Below are positions 16,425 through 20,000 of a DNA stretch of 20,000 nt, piece by piece (position 1 is the stretch's first letter; each line of letters begins with the position of its first letter). The position numbers and the translations under genes were made by a program. Origin of the DNA: an uncultured virus (IMG/VR IMGVR_UViG_3300043539_001111) (Duplodnaviria > Heunggongvirae > Uroviricota > Caudoviricetes); the IMG/VR virus record IMGVR_UViG_3300043539_001111, positions 54,465-74,464 of that record; one strand, 5' to 3'. The notes under the pieces are model-generated. The model did not search any database, was not told the DNA's origin, and saw only the letters and a program-made list of their open reading frames with translations.

Positions 16425-16805
16425 TTATTTTTTCATTTTATAAGAACCCTCTGATTTAGACGCGTCTTTCTCAATTAAAGTTTTAAGCATTGCGTCGTCA
16501 ACTCCTAAATCAGTAATAGAAAATCCTCCACCATCATCATTGTTGTTTGTTTTTTCCCACATACTTGATTGTAGTTTAGATAGGGTTAATTTTTTTTCAA
16601 CACAATCATTAATAATTTTTTGTTGTTTTTCAATCACCGGACCAATTAAAGTCATATCTTCAGGACCTTTCATCATTGTTAACATTTTGTTTTGAATTCT
16701 AATAGCAGTACTTCTTTGTTCCACAAGTTCATTGTAGATTTCCTGCATCAATGATAACATTGATTCTTTACTTAAATTAATTTCTTTTTTTGTCGGTCTT
16801 GCCAT
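16425..16805 (-). CDS. Hypothetical coiled-coil protein
   Basis: 126-aa ORF preceded by ATATTTAT. Confidence 0.8.
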   Translation of the reverse strand: MARPTKKEINLSKESMLSLMQEIYNELVEQRSTAIRIQNKMLTMMKGPEDMTLIGPVIEKQQKIINDCVEKKLTLSKLQSSMWEKTNNNDDGGGFSITDLGVDDAMLKTLIEKDASKSEGSYKMKK

Positions 16806-16809
16806 AATT

Positions 16810-16817
16810 ATAAATAT
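16810..16817 (-). promoter_or_regulatory. ATATTTAT putative late promoter
   Basis: 4 nt before ATG 16805, at the head of the spike operon. Confidence 0.55.
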
Positions 16818-16832
16818 TTAATTTATTATTTT

Positions 16833-17582
16833 TTAATTAACCATCTGTTGAATCAATGAGTAATACATATTTTTGTATTTTCTCATTGAACCCCTAATTT
16901 CTTTAGTTGAAAGATTGGTCATTTCTCTTAAAGACAATAAAATAATATTTTTATTAAACTTGTTATTATCGTTACCAATAAATATCGAGTCATAATTTTC
17001 AAAAATGTCGTAAAGTGCGTGTCCTAATTTAATTTCATTTTCTGATAAATTTTCTTCTTTAATGAATCTGTCTAATTCAATTAAAAAGTGTTTAATTACT
17101 TTTTCAGAATCTAGTCCGTCATTTTCTATGTAATAGGAAAAATTTTCATTATTCTCCAAATTAGTTGAAATATCTTCATAAGATATTTTTCTATTTGTTT
17201 CTTTTTGGTCTTTAATGATTTGACCCATTAAATAGTTTTTACATATTGTACCAAAATAAGAATAAGCCTTCTTTTCTCTAGAAGGTTTAAACTTATCTAT
17301 CTTTGTCATTAAAAACGAGTGAGTATCTACATGTATATCAGTGAAATCCATGTCTTTTCTATATAATTTGTATCTTCGTATGATTGAAGATATCATTTTG
17401 TCTAAAGGTTTTTTTAAAAACTCATTGTATATTTTATTTTTTTCTTCGTAAGACGTGGACTCTAAAAATCTTATTACCGCCATTTCTTCTCGGACATCAA
17501 AATAATTTAATTGGGTTGGTTTTCTACCTTTCTTTTTTAACTCAACATTTGTATCCCCTGTTAAATTAATATTTTCAGTCAT
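16833..17582 (-). CDS. Phage sigma factor, T4 gp55-like (sigma region 2)
   Basis: IDKFKPSREKKAYSYFGTICKNYL matches the region-2 pattern (kFdp.kg.k.fsY...i..N.l), preceded by region-2-like helices. Confidence 0.75.
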   Translation of the reverse strand: MTENINLTGDTNVELKKKGRKPTQLNYFDVREEMAVIRFLESTSYEEKNKIYNEFLKKPLDKMISSIIRRYKLYRKDMDFTDIHVDTHSFLMTKIDKFKPSREKKAYSYFGTICKNYLMGQIIKDQKETNRKISYEDISTNLENNENFSYYIENDGLDSEKVIKHFLIELDRFIKEENLSENEIKLGHALYDIFENYDSIFIGNDNNKFNKNIILLSLREMTNLSTKEIRGSMRKYKNMYYSLIQQMVN

Positions 17583-18388
17583 TAAACTTCTTGAGATTCA
17601 AATTTTATCGCTCTGTCATTAATGAAAAAATATTCTTTTTTTGCGGACTCAATCCAAAATTTAACTTCTTCCGGAGTTAAGACATCTCTACCATTTTTGT
17701 AATTCCAAAAGATTGACCCATCTCTTAAATTAGTATGTTTATAACCAATTCTTGGGATAGACATAATGTTAATTGAATTATGTGTTAATCGTAAAAATAA
17801 TTCATACCCAAACGTTAATTTAAACGAAGGTTTGATTAATCCATAATCAACAAATTTTGATTTTTTGATTACCATTCCTGATGATTGGAAGTTTTGATAA
17901 TCTAATAAAGTATCGTGAGTTAATACACCCATTTCCGGAGTAAAGTTTGCCGCGAAAGTTGCTTCATTAGTAAACCCGGCAAATTTACCTTGTTGGTCTG
18001 TATCAACAACGATTGGTAAAAACGCATCCATATTAGGGTATGCTTTTGAGTAGATGTCAACATTCTTAAACCATATGTTAGAATATTCATCATCAAATTC
18101 AAATAATGAAACCCATTCAGATTTTGAATTTCTAACACCGTGATTAACTTGTGCCGCGTAATTAGGTTCTTTTTCCCATTCTAATTTAACTACATTTAAG
18201 TCACCAAAATCGTAATCTTTTAAAAGTTCAACTAAAGGTATTTCATTTGTGTGAACAATAACTAATTCATTAATTTTTAATTTTTGATTATTTAATGATT
18301 CAATACATTTCTTAAAGTAATCTTCAAAAAATGGTGCGGTTGCCGATTTAATCGGTAATATAACTGATACGTCAAAGTAATTTTCCAT
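17582..18388 (-). CDS. Glycosyltransferase family 2 (GT-A fold)
   Basis: VSVILPI, CIESLNNQ, ELVIV, AAQVNHGV, EWVSLFEFDDEY (variant of DxDD). Confidence 0.88.
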   Translation of the reverse strand: MENYFDVSVILPIKSATAPFFEDYFKKCIESLNNQKLKINELVIVHTNEIPLVELLKDYDFGDLNVVKLEWEKEPNYAAQVNHGVRNSKSEWVSLFEFDDEYSNIWFKNVDIYSKAYPNMDAFLPIVVDTDQQGKFAGFTNEATFAANFTPEMGVLTHDTLLDYQNFQSSGMVIKKSKFVDYGLIKPSFKLTFGYELFLRLTHNSINIMSIPRIGYKHTNLRDGSIFWNYKNGRDVLTPEEVKFWIESAKKEYFFINDRAIKFESQEV

Positions 18389-18389
18389 A

Positions 18390-19451
18390 TTATTCTTCTA
18401 TTGTTTGTAGTTTATTTAATTGTTCTTCAAATGATTCCAATCTTTTAGTTAGATATCCTTCAAATAAGTTTAATGAAATTTTTTCAAAATCTTCTTTAGT
18501 ACTTAAATTTTCTGCAGTTTTAATAATTTCAGTTTCTAAATTTTCATTAATACTGTCTTCCAACCAATTTTGTAAAAAGTCCGCGACAAAATCAACCATT
18601 TGGATTTTATTGTTAACCCAAACACCATTGTCTTCATTCATCCATTCAGGAACTAAATTTGGTACTAAACCAACTACAGGTATTTTACATTTCATAGATT
18701 CCAATGGGAATGTACCATAAGAGCTTGTTTCATCAATCCAAACAGATAAGAAACAATCTTTCATAGCACTTGCAAACTCATCAATAGATAGTCCTCTCAT
18801 GTCTCTAAAAGTTATCCATCTGTATTGAGGAAATTTAATGTAAAAACTTTTAATCATGTTAAGGGCTTCTCTTTGTTCTCTAGCATGAATTGCAATAATA
18901 GGTTTTGATGGTAAAGTATGTGGTTTAAATTTATCAGAAATAAATGGTTTTAAAACATCTATCGAAATACCTCTCATAATATTCTCGATATATTCTTTTT
19001 GAGCTTCAGAAGTTGTTATACATTTATAAAACCCTAATTGTGACCATGTCTGGCCTGGTTGTAATGTTTCCAAGATATGGTCATGGGCTTGAGACAATAC
19101 AATTTTACCACAAGGTAATTTTGAAATTTGACTCATCACAAACCCGTATAATTCAGGGATAACAATTAAATCTTCAGGTGCAATTTCTAAATTTTGGCCT
19201 TCAATTGTTTTATGTGGTAATGTCATATAATCCTCACCTAACCATTCACCAACTCCAGTATAATCAGGTGTTTCGTGTAAGATAATTGGGTTGTATCCAT
19301 TTTTTAATAATGCCATACCTAACTCGTATATGTAAGCGACTGAAGCTTTTGCATTACCTTTAGTGTCTTGAACTAAAAGATAAATCCTTGACTTTTTATC
19401 TTTCATGTTTTGAATCGACTGTTCTAATTTTGTAATTTGTTCTTGTGTCAT
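18390..19451 (-). CDS. Glycosyltransferase, GT-B fold (GT4-like)
   Basis: SSYGTFPLESMKCKIPVVG resembles the GT4 motif EgFGl..lEAMa.g.PVv; N-terminal YELGMALLKNGYNPIIL. Confidence 0.82.
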   Translation of the reverse strand: MTQEQITKLEQSIQNMKDKKSRIYLLVQDTKGNAKASVAYIYELGMALLKNGYNPIILHETPDYTGVGEWLGEDYMTLPHKTIEGQNLEIAPEDLIVIPELYGFVMSQISKLPCGKIVLSQAHDHILETLQPGQTWSQLGFYKCITTSEAQKEYIENIMRGISIDVLKPFISDKFKPHTLPSKPIIAIHAREQREALNMIKSFYIKFPQYRWITFRDMRGLSIDEFASAMKDCFLSVWIDETSSYGTFPLESMKCKIPVVGLVPNLVPEWMNEDNGVWVNNKIQMVDFVADFLQNWLEDSINENLETEIIKTAENLSTKEDFEKISLNLFEGYLTKRLESFEEQLNKLQTIEE

Positions 19452-19456
19452 GTTTA

Positions 19457-19735
19457 TTATATTTTATTTATTAATTTTTTATACAATAGAGTATTAAACG
19501 CTAGTTTAAATGGGATTGATAAGTTGTTAGTACCTTTAGCCCCTAATTGCTCATCAATTTCTTCAGGTTCATCCATAACTATCTCTAACATTAATTTAAT
19601 TGTTTCGTATTTAATTATACTTATGGTAGTCCCTTCAGTGTCACCTGACGTGACGGTTTTTTTTGCTTTTATTTGAACATAATCGTCAATTTTATCCAAA
19701 TCTACATAATAGTTTTCTCCTAATACTTTTAACAT
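19457..19735 (-). CDS. Hypothetical protein
   Basis: 92-aa ORF whose start overlaps the upstream gene end (ATGTTAA). Confidence 0.78.
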   Translation of the reverse strand: MLKVLGENYYVDLDKIDDYVQIKAKKTVTSGDTEGTTISIIKYETIKLMLEIVMDEPEEIDEQLGAKGTNNLSIPFKLAFNTLLYKKLINKI

Positions 19736-19998
19736 TCTAAAATTTGTTTTAATTTATCATCCAATTCTTTTATAGATTTTATAGAATGGATTGTGGTAAT
19801 ATTCTCATTATAATCCGTTTCATATTTTATTAATATTTTATCTGACGGATAATCCAATAATAAGGCTGGATTGGATGTAAGTAAAATATCTAATTCATCC
19901 CACATTGAATTAATTGTTGAATTACTATAAAATTTTACTTTTTCTAATTGACATCCAAATTTTGATAAAAAGAATAATGATGCGGGTTTTGATTTTCC
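19729..19998 (-). CDS. C-terminal part of a HAD/5'(3')-deoxyribonucleotidase-like protein (truncated by window; not in ORF track)
   Basis: Manual translation: GKSKPASLFFLSKFGCQLEKVKFYSNSTINSMWDELDILLTSNPALLLDYPSDKILIKYETDYNENITTIHSIKSIKELDDKLKQILEC*. Layout resembles NT5C C-termini (DiliDD.p...f..pyN). Confidence 0.55.
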   Translation of the reverse strand, partial: GKSKPASLFFLSKFGCQLEKVKFYSNSTINSMWDELDILLTSNPALLLDYPSDKILIKYETDYNENITTIHSIKSIKELDDKLKQILEC

Positions 19999-20000
19999 TA

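Noticed and set aside
9189..19676. Short nested ORFs 9189-9485, 11255-11446, 17384-17569, 17920-18138, 19437-19676
   Set aside because: Lie within better-supported genes and have no independent signals.
1..20000. Stop-codon reassignment as seen in some large phages
   Set aside because: Genes tile densely and intact under the standard code; TGA and TAG occur at plausible gene ends. TAG is used only once, so that evidence is limited.

Overview
AT-rich segment of a large T4-like (myovirus) phage, very probably infecting a Bacteroidota (Flavobacterium-like) host. The + strand head module runs: portal C-terminus, hypothetical, inverted ribosomal protein bS21 gene, hypothetical, prohead protease, DUF4494-like protein, acidic scaffold, major capsid protein. 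A mixed-strand accessory region (about 7.2-10.1 kb) follows, then a - strand block encoding a PSAY-motif protein, virion proteins, a central spike with an HxH apex, a gp55-like sigma factor, two glycosyltransferases and a partial HAD-like gene. Main points of interest: (1) a phage bS21 with His at the position of the anti-SD-sequestering Tyr54 and no SD of its own; (2) two promoter classes, a recurrent ATATTTAT motif and host-type TTG-N19/20-TAnnTTTG; (3) candidate capsid cargo proteins with protease-type L/I-x-E sites, one carrying an OmpA-like domain; (4) a Cys-rich insertion in the capsid protein. All family assignments come from recognising motifs by eye; no searches were run.
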